Assembly: GCA_947245515.1 (NCBI GenBank)
Contig: CAMXQV010000004.1
Location: 1,167-65,166 of the forward strand
Source of the DNA: an uncultured Clostridium sp.
GTDB taxonomy: Bacteria > Bacillota > Clostridia > TANB77 > CAG-508
Reading direction: 5' to 3'
DNA: 64,000 nt
The position numbers and the translations under genes are program-made. This document shows positions 36,520 through 46,525 of this stretch, piece by piece. Under the pieces are notes generated by a model. It saw only the letters and a program-made list of their open reading frames with translations, had not been told where the DNA came from and ran no database searches. Within the stretch, counting starts at the first letter, position 1. Every line of letters begins with the position of its first letter.

Positions 36520-37342
36520 AGAAAATAAAATACCAATAATAATGTGGCTTATATTTGAAACAGTAGCAATATCCTTATTTTTGACAACAAAGAATATCTT
36601 CTATTTATTAAATTTTACATATATTGGTACATGTGTAGCAGTTGGATTTGCTTTAATGATACATAAAGTTAAATATGCTAGAAATGTAGCTCAATTTGGT
36701 GTTGGACTTTATATGCTTATTTATCTAGGAATTTTTTCAAAGGAAAATATGCAAATAGAGGGATTTTGGTATTATCTATTCTTAGGCGTATTTGAAGCTG
36801 CAACTATTCATTATTTTGTAGCTAAAATAGGAGGACCATTATTTTTTGGAAGAGGTTGGTGTGGCTATGCTTGTTGGACTGGAATGATATTAGATCTTCT
36901 TCCATACAAGACACCAAAAGGAGAAAGAAAAAGAATAGGTTGGATTAGGTATATAGTATTTTTATTGTCCTTTTCGTTTGTAGTAGCACTATTTATATTT
37001 AAAGTGAATAATTTAGAAAAAGTTATGTTTTGGTCTTTTATAATTGGAAACTTAATATATTATGCACTTGGCATAGTTTTAGCCTTTATATTTAAAGATA
37101 ATAGAGCCTTTTGTAAGTATATTTGTCCTATTACCTTATTTTTAAAACCTGTAAGTTATTTCTCTTATTTGAGAATAAAATGTGATCATGATAAATGTAT
37201 TGAATGTAAAAAATGCATAAATAGTTGTCCAATGAATGTAGATATGTTAGATGATTCAAGAAAAAGAAAAAATGGAACTGAATGTATATTATGTTTTAAT
37301 TGTGTTAAAGAATGTCCTAAAAATGCATTAAAACTACTATGA
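36503..37342 (+). CDS. Polytopic membrane 4Fe-4S binding protein
   Basis: Several TM helices, plus CIECKKCINSCP and CILCFNCVKECP ferredoxin-type motifs. It overlaps the padR stop. Confidence 0.7.
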   Translation: MKKWIKENKIPIIMWLIFETVAISLFLTTKNIFYLLNFTYIGTCVAVGFALMIHKVKYARNVAQFGVGLYMLIYLGIFSKENMQIEGFWYYLFLGVFEAATIHYFVAKIGGPLFFGRGWCGYACWTGMILDLLPYKTPKGERKRIGWIRYIVFLLSFSFVVALFIFKVNNLEKVMFWSFIIGNLIYYALGIVLAFIFKDNRAFCKYICPITLFLKPVSYFSYLRIKCDHDKCIECKKCINSCPMNVDMLDDSRKRKNGTECILCFNCVKECPKNALKLL

Positions 37343-37595
37343 AATTGAGACTATGAGTTAAGAAGGATATTGTTTAGTAAAAGTTAATATAAAGCCTTAT
37401 CATTTGCATGCAACTATTAACAATTTCATAGTTAAATAAAAGAAGGATATAACTTATGATAAAGATGGGTGTAAGATACTAACACAAAAAAAACAATTGA
37501 AATAAAGAAGATAAAATGATAAAATACAAAAGAAATCAGTATTAGTAATTTAAAGAAATACTTTTATATAAATAAATTATCTAAGGGGGAGGAAG

Positions 37596-39224
37596 ATGAA
37601 AAAAGAAAATGCTGTAACTATAGTGTCATTAATAGTTATAGTTATTATATTATTAATATTAGTAGGAATATCTATATTTATAATAACAGGAGAAAATGGG
37701 CTTATTGAAAAAGCTAGTTGGTCTAACTTCTTAACAGAATTTTCAGCGGTTCAGGAAGCAGTAGATATAAAAATGATGGAAAGGGAAGTAGAAAAAAACT
37801 CGAAAAATACTAAAATAGCAAGTTCAAAAGGAAGAAATTATTTAAAATTAGCAGAAGCTAATACAACTAATAATATAAAAGAAAAAGAATATCCAGTATT
37901 AAAAAACGGAAAAGTTCCAAACGAGGATATTTCACCAACATTAGTAGCAAATATTAAAGTCATAGAAAAAATAGAAGAGATTACAGAAGAAAAAGTTGAA
38001 TTATACAAATTAGACCTTAAAGCTTTGAATTTAGATTTAACAAAGGAATATATAATAAATATAAAAAGTGGTAATATTTATAGAATTAAAGGTCAAAAAT
38101 ACAAAAAAAGAACCTGTCATAGACCAGATTATGGAAATTATGATATTCCATCTAAAATATCCCTAGAAATAAATTCTGTAACTAATAATAAACTAAATTT
38201 ATCTTTAAAAGCTGAAGATTTAATTAATGGAATTAATACAATTCAATTTCCTGATAACACTAAAAAACAAGGTAAAGGTGAAACACAATTAACTATTGAT
38301 TTTCAAATTGATCTATCAAAAAACGATGAATATAATTTTAAACTAATAAATTCAATAGGTGAACAGAAGGAAAAAACAATTATAATTAATGCAAAAGAAG
38401 TTGAAGCTGTGAGAAGCTACCACAAATTTGAAATAGAAGAAAGCGGTTTATATAAAATCGAAGCTTTTGGAGCTTCTGGTGGATATTCAAGAATAAATGG
38501 ATATATTGGAGTATTAGGAGGAAATGGTGGATATACCTCTGGAGAAATTTATCTAAATAAAGGAGAAAACTTATATCTTTATATTGGTGGTCATGGAGCT
38601 GATGCTATTTGTTATCAAGATGCTAAAGGTGGCTATAATGGTGGAGGCTTAGGAACTTGGGACTATAGTGACAATGAAGCAGCAGGTGCAGGAGGAGGAG
38701 CAACAGATATACGTTTAGTAGCTGGGGAGTATAATGATTTTGAAGCTTTAAAAAGTAGAATTATGGTAGCAGGAGGAGGAGGAGGCTCATCATGGTATAC
38801 TAGTGGAGGAGCTGGAGGAGGCTTAGAAGGTTTGACTAATCGAGTTTATGCAACTCCTGGAACTCAAAACTCTGGATATAAATTTGGAATCGGACAAGAT
38901 GGATATGGTGTAGGAGCTTCAGATGGTGTAGGAGGAGCTGGCGGTGGCTATTATGGTGGAAATACAAGTGATGTAGCTGATGCTTGTGAAGCTGGAGCTG
39001 GTGGATCTTCTTTTGTCTCTGGATATGAATTATGTAATGCAATAGATAGTGAATCTTCTGAAACAGATATAATTCATACAAATCAACCTAATCATTATAG
39101 TGGAAAGATATTCAAAAATGCAATAATTAAAAATGGAACTGAATTTAGTCCTATTTCACAAGATGGATTAGTAAGAATAACTAAAGATGATAAAATATTT
39201 TTATTCTTTCCTCAAATAAATTAA
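37596..39224 (+). CDS. N-terminally anchored (pilin-like leader) protein with a glycine-rich domain (ALK/LTK-type Gly_rich)
   Basis: GASGGYS...GGNGGYTSGEIYLNKGENLYLYIGGHGA...GGYNGGGLG...GAGGGATDIRLV...RIMVAGGGGGSS. Confidence 0.65.
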   Translation: MKKENAVTIVSLIVIVIILLILVGISIFIITGENGLIEKASWSNFLTEFSAVQEAVDIKMMEREVEKNSKNTKIASSKGRNYLKLAEANTTNNIKEKEYPVLKNGKVPNEDISPTLVANIKVIEKIEEITEEKVELYKLDLKALNLDLTKEYIINIKSGNIYRIKGQKYKKRTCHRPDYGNYDIPSKISLEINSVTNNKLNLSLKAEDLINGINTIQFPDNTKKQGKGETQLTIDFQIDLSKNDEYNFKLINSIGEQKEKTIIINAKEVEAVRSYHKFEIEESGLYKIEAFGASGGYSRINGYIGVLGGNGGYTSGEIYLNKGENLYLYIGGHGADAICYQDAKGGYNGGGLGTWDYSDNEAAGAGGGATDIRLVAGEYNDFEALKSRIMVAGGGGGSSWYTSGGAGGGLEGLTNRVYATPGTQNSGYKFGIGQDGYGVGASDGVGGAGGGYYGGNTSDVADACEAGAGGSSFVSGYELCNAIDSESSETDIIHTNQPNHYSGKIFKNAIIKNGTEFSPISQDGLVRITKDDKIFLFFPQIN

Positions 39225-39338
39225 GTTTTTTAAATTCAAATAAAACCTACATCACAAATAAATTTCAATTTTGTGTTGCTAATAAAGTAATTTTAATGTA
39301 TAATAATTAAGTAATAAAAAACAAAGGAAGCGATAAAT

Positions 39339-39971
39339 TTGAATACAACTGTAAAAGAAATATTAGAATGGGTATATTGTATAGTAATAGCACTAATATT
39401 AGCAGTACTATTTAGATATTTTATAGGAACGCCAACAATAGTAAAACAAGTATCAATGTATCCTACACTAGTACAAGATCAAAGACTATGGTTAAATAGA
39501 TGGGGAAGGACAACTAAAACACTACCAAAAAGAGGAGAAATAATAACCTTTGAAGAACCTAAAAAAACAAACTACTCATATTCAGAAGTTAACCAAGAAA
39601 ATCCTATAGCAGAATACGAAAATAAAACAGGTTTTAAATGGTTCGTTAACAACTTCTTAGAAATAGGAAAAAGAAGTTATATAAAAAGAGTAATTGCACT
39701 TCCAAAGGAAAAAGTAGAAATAAAAGAAGGTGCAGTATATATAAACGATCAAAAATTAGAAGAGCCATATTTGCAAGAAGGAATAGTAACAGATGTAATA
39801 GGAGCAGGTTTCACAAAATTCACTGTTCCAGAAAATTGTATATTTGCAATGGGAGACAACAGAAACCATAGTACAGATTGTAGAGCCTTTGGATGTATAC
39901 CCTTAGAAAAAATAGAAAGTACAGTAGCAATTAGAATATGGCCATTAGACAAATGGGGAAAGGTAGAATAA
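39339..39971 (+). CDS. lepB: Signal peptidase I
   Basis: VSMYPTL (catalytic Ser), YIKRVIALP (Lys), FAMGDNRNHSTDCR. The start is TTG with an AAAGGAAG RBS. Confidence 0.9.
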   Translation: MNTTVKEILEWVYCIVIALILAVLFRYFIGTPTIVKQVSMYPTLVQDQRLWLNRWGRTTKTLPKRGEIITFEEPKKTNYSYSEVNQENPIAEYENKTGFKWFVNNFLEIGKRSYIKRVIALPKEKVEIKEGAVYINDQKLEEPYLQEGIVTDVIGAGFTKFTVPENCIFAMGDNRNHSTDCRAFGCIPLEKIESTVAIRIWPLDKWGKVE

Positions 39972-39987
39972 ATAAGGAACTACAAAA

Positions 39988-40875
39988 ATGTTTGATAAAA
40001 TTATAGGAAATGAACAAATAATAACAACACTAAAAAAGATGGTAAAGCAAAATAGAACTTCACATAGTTACTTATTTCTAGGAATACAGGGAATAGGAAA
40101 AAAAATAATAGCAAAAGAATTTGCAAAAATGTTATTATGTATAGAAGAAGAAAAATACTGTAACAAATGTAAATCATGTATAGAATTTAATACAAACAAT
40201 AATCCAGACTATATATATATTGAGCCTGAAGAAAATAAAATAAAAATAGAACAAATAAGAAAACTACAAAAAAGCATCCAAGAAAAACCTATAATATCAG
40301 ATAAAAAAATATACATCATAGATAATGCAGATTTAATGACAAAAGAGTCACAAAACTGTTTATTAAAGACCTTAGAAGAACCACCAAAATATGCAATAAT
40401 AATTTTAATTGGTTCAAATGAAATAGCATTTTTACCAACAATAAAATCCAGATGTACGATTATTAAGTTTAATAAAATAGAAGATGAAGAAATTAAAAAA
40501 TATTTGGAATCAAATTATAGAATAAACACAAATGAAAATATGATAAGAATATTTCAAGGTAGTATAGGAAAAGCAATAAAATTAAAAGATAAACAACAAG
40601 ATTATCAAATATTAGAAAAACTAATAGAAGAATTCAATACAAAAACTCTAATTGATATTTTTAATGAAGCAAAAATCCTATATAATTCAAAAGACGAAAT
40701 AGAAGATATGTTAGAATATATAAATATATTACTATTACAAAAGTCAAAACAGAATTATTTATTCACAAATTGTATAAAGATTGTGGAAGATACAAAGAAA
40801 AGATTAAAATTAAATGCAAATTATGATATGGCAGTAGACAATATGCTATTTAACATATGGGAGGAAGTAAATTGA
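39988..40875 (+). CDS. holB: DNA polymerase III subunit delta prime
   Basis: HSYLFLGIQGIGKKIIA...CNKCKSC...NPDYIYIEP...IYIIDNADLMTKESQNCLLKTLEEPP. Confidence 0.85.
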   Translation: MFDKIIGNEQIITTLKKMVKQNRTSHSYLFLGIQGIGKKIIAKEFAKMLLCIEEEKYCNKCKSCIEFNTNNNPDYIYIEPEENKIKIEQIRKLQKSIQEKPIISDKKIYIIDNADLMTKESQNCLLKTLEEPPKYAIIILIGSNEIAFLPTIKSRCTIIKFNKIEDEEIKKYLESNYRINTNENMIRIFQGSIGKAIKLKDKQQDYQILEKLIEEFNTKTLIDIFNEAKILYNSKDEIEDMLEYINILLLQKSKQNYLFTNCIKIVEDTKKRLKLNANYDMAVDNMLFNIWEEVN

Positions 40876-41783
40876 AAAATATAATTGGGGTTAGATTTAA
40901 AAAGCTAGGAAAAATATACTTTTTTAATCCAAAAAATCTAAAAGTAAAAAAAGGTGACAAGGTAATAGTTGAAACTTCTCAAGGAGAAGAATATGGTGAA
41001 GTAATGATTCCTAATAGAAGGATTGAAGACGAAAAAATTATAGAACCATTAAGAAAAGTAGTTAGAATAGCAAATTATAAAGATCAAAAACTATATGAAG
41101 AATGTAGAAAGAAAGAAAAAGAAGCCTATAATGTATGCATAAAAAAAATAAAAGAACATAAATTAGATATGAACTTAACTGATGTAGAATTTAAGTTTGA
41201 TAACAGTAAAATACTATTCTATTTTACAGCAGATGGAAGAATAGACTTTAGAGAACTAGTAAAAGACTTAGCAGCTATATATAAAACAAGAATTGAATTA
41301 AGACAAATAGGAGTTAGAGATGAAGTAAAAAGAATTGGAGGAAATGGTGTTTGTGGTAGAGAACTCTGTTGTTGTTCGTTTTTAAGTGACTTTGAAACAG
41401 TCTCAATAAAAATGGCAAAAGAGCAGAATATATCATTAAATCCTTCGAAGATATCAGGAAATTGTGGAAGACTAATGTGTTGTCTTAAATATGAAAACAA
41501 TGTCTATGAAGAAAAAATAAAGAGTTTACCAAAGGTTGGAGCAATTGTGAAAACTGATGATGGTCAAGGAGAAATTGACAATATTGAAACTCTAAAAGAA
41601 ATAGTAAGAGTTAAAATTAAAGATGGTGATGGATATTTATATAAAAAATATTCTGTTAAGGATATAAAAGTTATTAAAGACGTAGAAACAGAAAAATTAG
41701 ATGAAGAAGAATTAGTACATAAAAAAGAATTAGAAGAATTAGAAAAATTACAAGAAAAGGACAAAGAGTTAGAAAGCAAATAG
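40872..41783 (+). CDS. ricT: PSP1-domain protein RicT/YaaT (stage 0 sporulation protein)
   Basis: IGVRFKKLGKIYFFNP...GDKVIVETSQGEEYGEV...IGGNGVCGRELCCCSFL...CGRLMCCLKYE. A TTG at 40872 follows GGAGGA. The track ATG at 40857 is an alternative start. Confidence 0.85.
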   Translation: MKNIIGVRFKKLGKIYFFNPKNLKVKKGDKVIVETSQGEEYGEVMIPNRRIEDEKIIEPLRKVVRIANYKDQKLYEECRKKEKEAYNVCIKKIKEHKLDMNLTDVEFKFDNSKILFYFTADGRIDFRELVKDLAAIYKTRIELRQIGVRDEVKRIGGNGVCGRELCCCSFLSDFETVSIKMAKEQNISLNPSKISGNCGRLMCCLKYENNVYEEKIKSLPKVGAIVKTDDGQGEIDNIETLKEIVRVKIKDGDGYLYKKYSVKDIKVIKDVETEKLDEEELVHKKELEELEKLQEKDKELESK

Positions 41784-41815
41784 ATAATTTTAAATAGTTT
41801 TAGGAGGTGAAAATA

Positions 41816-41992
41816 ATGGCATATAAAATAACAGATAAATGTATTTCATGTGGAGCATGTGCAGCTGAATGTCCTGTAGGATGTATTTCACAAGGTGAAG
41901 ATAAATTCGAAATAGACGCATCAGCATGTATTTCATGTGGATCATGTGCAGGTGTTTGCCCTGTAGAAGCACCAGTTGAAAGCAAGGATTAA
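41816..41992 (+). CDS. 2x[4Fe-4S] clostridial-type ferredoxin
   Basis: MAYKITDKCISCGACAAECPV...CISCGSCAGVCPV. An AGGAGGTG RBS lies upstream. Confidence 0.9.
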   Translation: MAYKITDKCISCGACAAECPVGCISQGEDKFEIDASACISCGSCAGVCPVEAPVESKD

Positions 41993-42040
41993 TATACTTA
42001 TATAAGTGCATCAGAAGAAGGAAAAAATAAAAAAGATAAG

Positions 42041-42080
42041 AAATCAGTCATAAAATACCTTGTTTTATGACTGATTTTTA
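42041..42080 (+). terminator. Rho-independent terminator of the ferredoxin gene
   Basis: AAATCAGTCATAAAA pairs with TTTTATGACTGATTT, followed by TT. Confidence 0.65.
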
Positions 42081-42145
42081 AAAATATAAATAAGGTGTAA
42101 GCTTTAATAATAAAATATATATTATAGAAAGGAAAGATTATATAT

Positions 42146-43249
42146 ATGCAAGAAGAAAACAAAGAAAATGAAGAAAAAGAAGACTTTCAAATAATAAATA
42201 ATAATGATGTGCAGGAAAATGAGAAAGAAATAAAAACAACAAACAAAAAAAGCATTTTGTTAAATTTTCTATTAATATTCATAATCTGTATAGGATTACT
42301 AGTATATATGATAAAAGTAGATGGAATTGACAACATAATAAAGGTATTAGTCAAAGTAGACTATAGATGGGTAATAGCTGGAATAGTATGTTTAATAATA
42401 CATTGGATATGTGAAGGGTTAAATTTACATATCCCAATAAAGAGAATCTATAAAGATCAAAAGTTTAAAAACTCTTTTAAAGTAGCAATAATAGGCCAAT
42501 TATTTAATAATATAACACCTTTTTCAACAGGTGGCCAACCAATGCAAGCCTATGAATTAAATAAAAAAGGAAGAAGGGTAAGTGATTCCTTATCTTGTAT
42601 GGCAATGAAATTTGCAATTACACAAACGGCATTAGTTACATCAACCTTATTGATAGTACTAATTGAATTTAATTTTTTTAAGCAATTAATGCAAAACTAC
42701 TTATGGGTAGCAATATTAGGATTTGTAATAAATATTATAGCAATAATATTAGTAATCATAGCAGGAATAAAAAAAGAAATAATAATATATATAACAACAC
42801 CAATAATAAAATTATTAGGGAAGATACATGTAATTAAAAATGCTGAAGAAACAACAGAGAAATTAAATAAGAGTATAGAAAACTTTGGAAAACAATTTTT
42901 GATAATGAAGTCAGAAAAGAAAATGGTAATAAAAATGTTTATAATAGCAGTTATACAAAGTTTTGCATATTACTCAATAACTTATATGATATATAGAGCT
43001 TTTGGAAATAGTGGAATAAGTTTCTTTCAAATAATACCAACACAAGCTTTCTTATTATTAATAATGACTTTTATACCAACACCTGGATCTGGATTAGGAG
43101 CAGAGGGAGGCTTTTACCTATTATTTAATTCCATATTCAAAGAAGGAACGATAAATATGTCAATACTATTTTGGAGAATTTACACTTTTTATTTACCAAT
43201 ATTATTTGGATTAATATTTTTAATTCCAGTAAAAAGAAAAGAAGATTAA
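42146..43249 (+). CDS. Flippase-like / lysylphosphatidylglycerol-synthase TM-region family membrane protein (UPF0104)
   Basis: Polytopic, with NNITPFSTGGQPMQAYEL and TPGSGLGAEGGF motifs. Confidence 0.7.
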   Translation: MQEENKENEEKEDFQIINNNDVQENEKEIKTTNKKSILLNFLLIFIICIGLLVYMIKVDGIDNIIKVLVKVDYRWVIAGIVCLIIHWICEGLNLHIPIKRIYKDQKFKNSFKVAIIGQLFNNITPFSTGGQPMQAYELNKKGRRVSDSLSCMAMKFAITQTALVTSTLLIVLIEFNFFKQLMQNYLWVAILGFVINIIAIILVIIAGIKKEIIIYITTPIIKLLGKIHVIKNAEETTEKLNKSIENFGKQFLIMKSEKKMVIKMFIIAVIQSFAYYSITYMIYRAFGNSGISFFQIIPTQAFLLLIMTFIPTPGSGLGAEGGFYLLFNSIFKEGTINMSILFWRIYTFYLPILFGLIFLIPVKRKED

Positions 43250-43259
43250 GGAATATTCC

Positions 43260-44216
43260 TTAATCTTCCTTTAAACTTAAGCTTTCTAAAGCTAATAATT
43301 CTTGCCATCTGTTATCTACTTCTTTTTGGAACTCTTCTATCATCCACTCATTACCAGGTTTAAACATATGTTTAAACCTTTTTTGTGGTTTAAGAAATTC
43401 CTCTATAGGTAATTTTTTTGCTGGTTTATAATTAACTTTATATTTTCCATTTACTACTTCATATAATGGCCAATAACATGTTTCAACTGCTAATTTATTA
43501 ATTTGCATTAACATATCTGTTGGATATCCCCATCCTCTTGGACATGGAGCCAATACATTTAAAAATGCTGGACCTTCTGTATATATAGCTTTTTCAGCTT
43601 TTTCATATAAGTCTTTAAAGTTTAAATATCCTACTGTTTGTGCAACATAAGGAATATGATGCCCTACTAATATTTGACTTAAATCCTTTCTAGATTGCAT
43701 TTTTCCTGGAAGTACTGTTCCAGCAGGAGAGGTTGTTGTGTCTGCAAATTTTGGTGTTGCAGATGAACGTTGGATTCCAGTATTCATATATGCACCATTA
43801 TCATAACATACATAAACCATATCGTGACCACGTTCCATAGCACCTGATAAACTTTGTAGTCCTATATCATAGGTTCCACCATCTCCACCAAAGGCAATAA
43901 ATTTTGTATCACCATCTTGAGGTAGTTTTCCTTGCTTTTTCATAGACTGATATGCAGCTTCTGCACCTGATAAAGTAGCAGCTGCACACTCAAAGGCAGT
44001 ATGTATAAAAGAATCTGTCCAAGCAGTATATGGATATATGAAGGTTGAAACTTCCATACAACCTGTTGCACCTGCAATTACCGCATGATCTTCAGGTTTT
44101 AGGGCTCTCATAATCATTCTTGCAGCAGGTGGAGCTCCACAACCAGCACACATTCTATGACCAGATGTAAATCTAGAAGGTTTATTTCCTACAACTTCTT
44201 TTACATTATAAGGCAT
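43260..44216 (-). CDS. 2-oxoacid:ferredoxin oxidoreductase, beta (TPP-binding) subunit
   Basis: FTSGHRMCAGCGAPPAARMIM...FGGDGGTYDIGLQSLSGAMERGHD. The ATG at 44216 lies 9 nt after GGAAGG. Confidence 0.85.
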   Translation of the reverse strand: MPYNVKEVVGNKPSRFTSGHRMCAGCGAPPAARMIMRALKPEDHAVIAGATGCMEVSTFIYPYTAWTDSFIHTAFECAAATLSGAEAAYQSMKKQGKLPQDGDTKFIAFGGDGGTYDIGLQSLSGAMERGHDMVYVCYDNGAYMNTGIQRSSATPKFADTTTSPAGTVLPGKMQSRKDLSQILVGHHIPYVAQTVGYLNFKDLYEKAEKAIYTEGPAFLNVLAPCPRGWGYPTDMLMQINKLAVETCYWPLYEVVNGKYKVNYKPAKKLPIEEFLKPQKRFKHMFKPGNEWMIEEFQKEVDNRWQELLALESLSLKED

Positions 44217-45408
44217 TATTTTCACCTTCCTTTCTTAAACCAAAATATCTATATGGATTTTCTACTTTTCCATTTTTAGCTATTTCTAATAATTCTATAT
44301 AAACTTTTTCTATATCGTCTGCTTTTGTGTCTCTACCACCAATACCATAAACATAATTTACTGCTGGTACAGTTTTCTTACTTACATACATACTAGAAAC
44401 AACATCTTCAAATAAGGCTCCTCCAGCAGCATTTAAAGAGTCAGCTTTATCAAATATTGCTATAGCTTTTAAATGTCCTAAAGCTTCTGCAATTTCCTCA
44501 GCTGGAAAGGGTCTATAAACACGAACTTTTAATAGACCAGCTTTAATTCCTTGTTCTCTTAATTTATTTACTACATATTTTGTTGTACCTGCTGTAGAGT
44601 TCATACATACAACTGCAACTTCTGCGTCTTCTAATTTATATTCTTCAAAAAATCCATATTTTCGCCCAGTCATTTTTTCAAAATCTTTTGCAACTTCTAA
44701 TATAACTTTTTTAGCATTTTTCATTGCTTGTGCTTGTTGTGCTTTATGTTCAAATAAATAACTTTGGACATCTAGTGGACCAACTGCAATTGGTTCTTTT
44801 TTATTTAATAGAAAATGTTCAGGATGATATTCACCTACAAATTCTTTTACTTTATCGTCTTCTTCAAGTTCAATATTTTCAATAGAGTGTGATGTAATAA
44901 AACCATCTTGACATATCATTAAAGGTAGCATAACATCTTTGTGCTCTGCAATTCTATGTGCCATTAAGGTGTTATCATAGGCTTCTTGGTTGTTTTCAGA
45001 AAATAACATTATCCATCCAGAATCTCTAACACCCATCGCATCTGAATGATCATTATGTATGTTTAATGGACCTGATACAGCTCTATTTACCAAAGATAAT
45101 ACTATTGGTAGTCTTAAACTTGATGCTATATAAATCATTTCCCACATTAATGATAATCCGTTTGCTGATGTTGCTGTCATTGCTCTTGCACCAGCTGCTT
45201 GTGCACCAATACATGCAGACATTGCACTATGTTCACTTTCTACTGCTACGAATTCTGTGTCAACAGTTCCATTGGCAACAAAGGTTGAAAAGTATTGTGG
45301 TATTTCTGTTGATGGTGTTATTGGAAAGGCTGCAACTACATCTGGATTAATTTGTTTCATGGCAGTTGCTGCTGCTTCGTTACCACTTAATCTTTCTCTT
45401 ATACTCAT
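44206..45408 (-). CDS. 2-oxoacid:ferredoxin oxidoreductase, alpha subunit
   Basis: LSGNEAAATAMKQINPDVVAAFPITPSTEI...ESEHSAMSACIGAQAAGARAMTATSANGL. Confidence 0.85.
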   Translation of the reverse strand: MSIRERLSGNEAAATAMKQINPDVVAAFPITPSTEIPQYFSTFVANGTVDTEFVAVESEHSAMSACIGAQAAGARAMTATSANGLSLMWEMIYIASSLRLPIVLSLVNRAVSGPLNIHNDHSDAMGVRDSGWIMLFSENNQEAYDNTLMAHRIAEHKDVMLPLMICQDGFITSHSIENIELEEDDKVKEFVGEYHPEHFLLNKKEPIAVGPLDVQSYLFEHKAQQAQAMKNAKKVILEVAKDFEKMTGRKYGFFEEYKLEDAEVAVVCMNSTAGTTKYVVNKLREQGIKAGLLKVRVYRPFPAEEIAEALGHLKAIAIFDKADSLNAAGGALFEDVVSSMYVSKKTVPAVNYVYGIGGRDTKADDIEKVYIELLEIAKNGKVENPYRYFGLRKEGENNAL

Positions 45409-45456
45409 AATTTTTCTCCTTTTCTTTATTTATTATTTTAAAGTATAAAGTTATTT

Positions 45457-45747
45457 TTATTGTTCTTTCATCTCAATAGCATTAAAAGGACATGTTTTTG
45501 CACAAACGCCACATCCTTTACAATAGTCATAATTGAAGTCTTTTCTTAAGCCTTCTTTAGTTACTGGTATTGCATCATCTGGACAAACAGGGAAACATAA
45601 ACCACATTGTTTACATTTTTCACTTAAAAATACAGGTTTTACACTTCTCCAATCTCCAGTTTTAAATTCTTTCGCATTACCAGCTTGATATATATCACCG
45701 CCAGGAGTTAATTGTTCCATAGGTGTGTTAGGATTTATTGTATTCAT
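45457..45747 (-). CDS. 2-oxoacid:ferredoxin oxidoreductase, delta (2x4Fe-4S) subunit
   Basis: CKQCGLCFPVCPD and CKGCGVCAKTCP. Confidence 0.85.
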   Translation of the reverse strand: MNTINPNTPMEQLTPGGDIYQAGNAKEFKTGDWRSVKPVFLSEKCKQCGLCFPVCPDDAIPVTKEGLRKDFNYDYCKGCGVCAKTCPFNAIEMKEQ

Positions 45748-46322
45748 ATTTTTTTAACCTCCTTTAATGCCATTTCTAATGCTTTCATGTTACCTTCAAT
45801 AACTTCAGGTTTTTTAGCAAATTTATGTTTAAAAGATCCTTTCATGTCTTCAAGTAATGCTTCGTCTGACATAATTCCACTTACTTTTACAATAGATGCA
45901 AGCATTGGTGTGTTTGGAAAATATTTTCCTAGTGTTTGTTCAGATATTTTTCTGGCATCTATTGTGTAAATAGCTCCTTTGTAATCTTTTAATACTTCTT
46001 TTAAATAGTTAGCAGATTTTGTGGTGTTGATTATTATTGCACCAGTTTCTTTTAGACCAGCTGTCACTTTAACAGATTCTAAAAGTGTATCATCAACTAC
46101 AACAACATAGTCTGGTTCATAAATGTTACTATGAATTGTTATTGGTGAACTACTAATTCTGTTATATGCTGTTATAGGTGCACCCATTCTTTCAGGACCA
46201 TATTCAGGAAATCCTTGAATGTATTTTCCTGTGTTAAAGGCTGCATCAGCAAGTAAAAGTGATGCTGTTTTGGCACCTTGACCGCCTCTACCATGCCATC
46301 TTATTTCTATTAAGTTATCCAT
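45744..46322 (-). CDS. 2-oxoacid:ferredoxin oxidoreductase, gamma subunit
   Basis: IEIRWHGRGGQGAKTASLLLADAA...GFPEYGPERMGAP. The stop overlaps the delta subunit start. Confidence 0.85.
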   Translation of the reverse strand: MDNLIEIRWHGRGGQGAKTASLLLADAAFNTGKYIQGFPEYGPERMGAPITAYNRISSSPITIHSNIYEPDYVVVVDDTLLESVKVTAGLKETGAIIINTTKSANYLKEVLKDYKGAIYTIDARKISEQTLGKYFPNTPMLASIVKVSGIMSDEALLEDMKGSFKHKFAKKPEVIEGNMKALEMALKEVKKI

Positions 46323-46525
46323 GTTATTTATTAGCCTCCTTTATTTAATTTTATGGCTTTAGTATATTCCTATTTAAGGCTGATGTCAATAGAAAAGTAG
46401 TGATGCTATTAAGCGATTACCAAAGGTAAAATTTTATAAATTTAAAAGGATTGTCTAACAACACTTTACAAATTCAAAATATTTGTTATAATAGTTTTAT
46501 AAAAAAAAAGAAAGGGGTCAAAAAA

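Noticed and set aside
41790-42011. Two minus-strand ORFs (73 and 61 aa) over the ferredoxin gene
   Set aside because: The plus-strand product is a canonical 2x[4Fe-4S] ferredoxin with a strong RBS, so the antisense ORFs are shadows.
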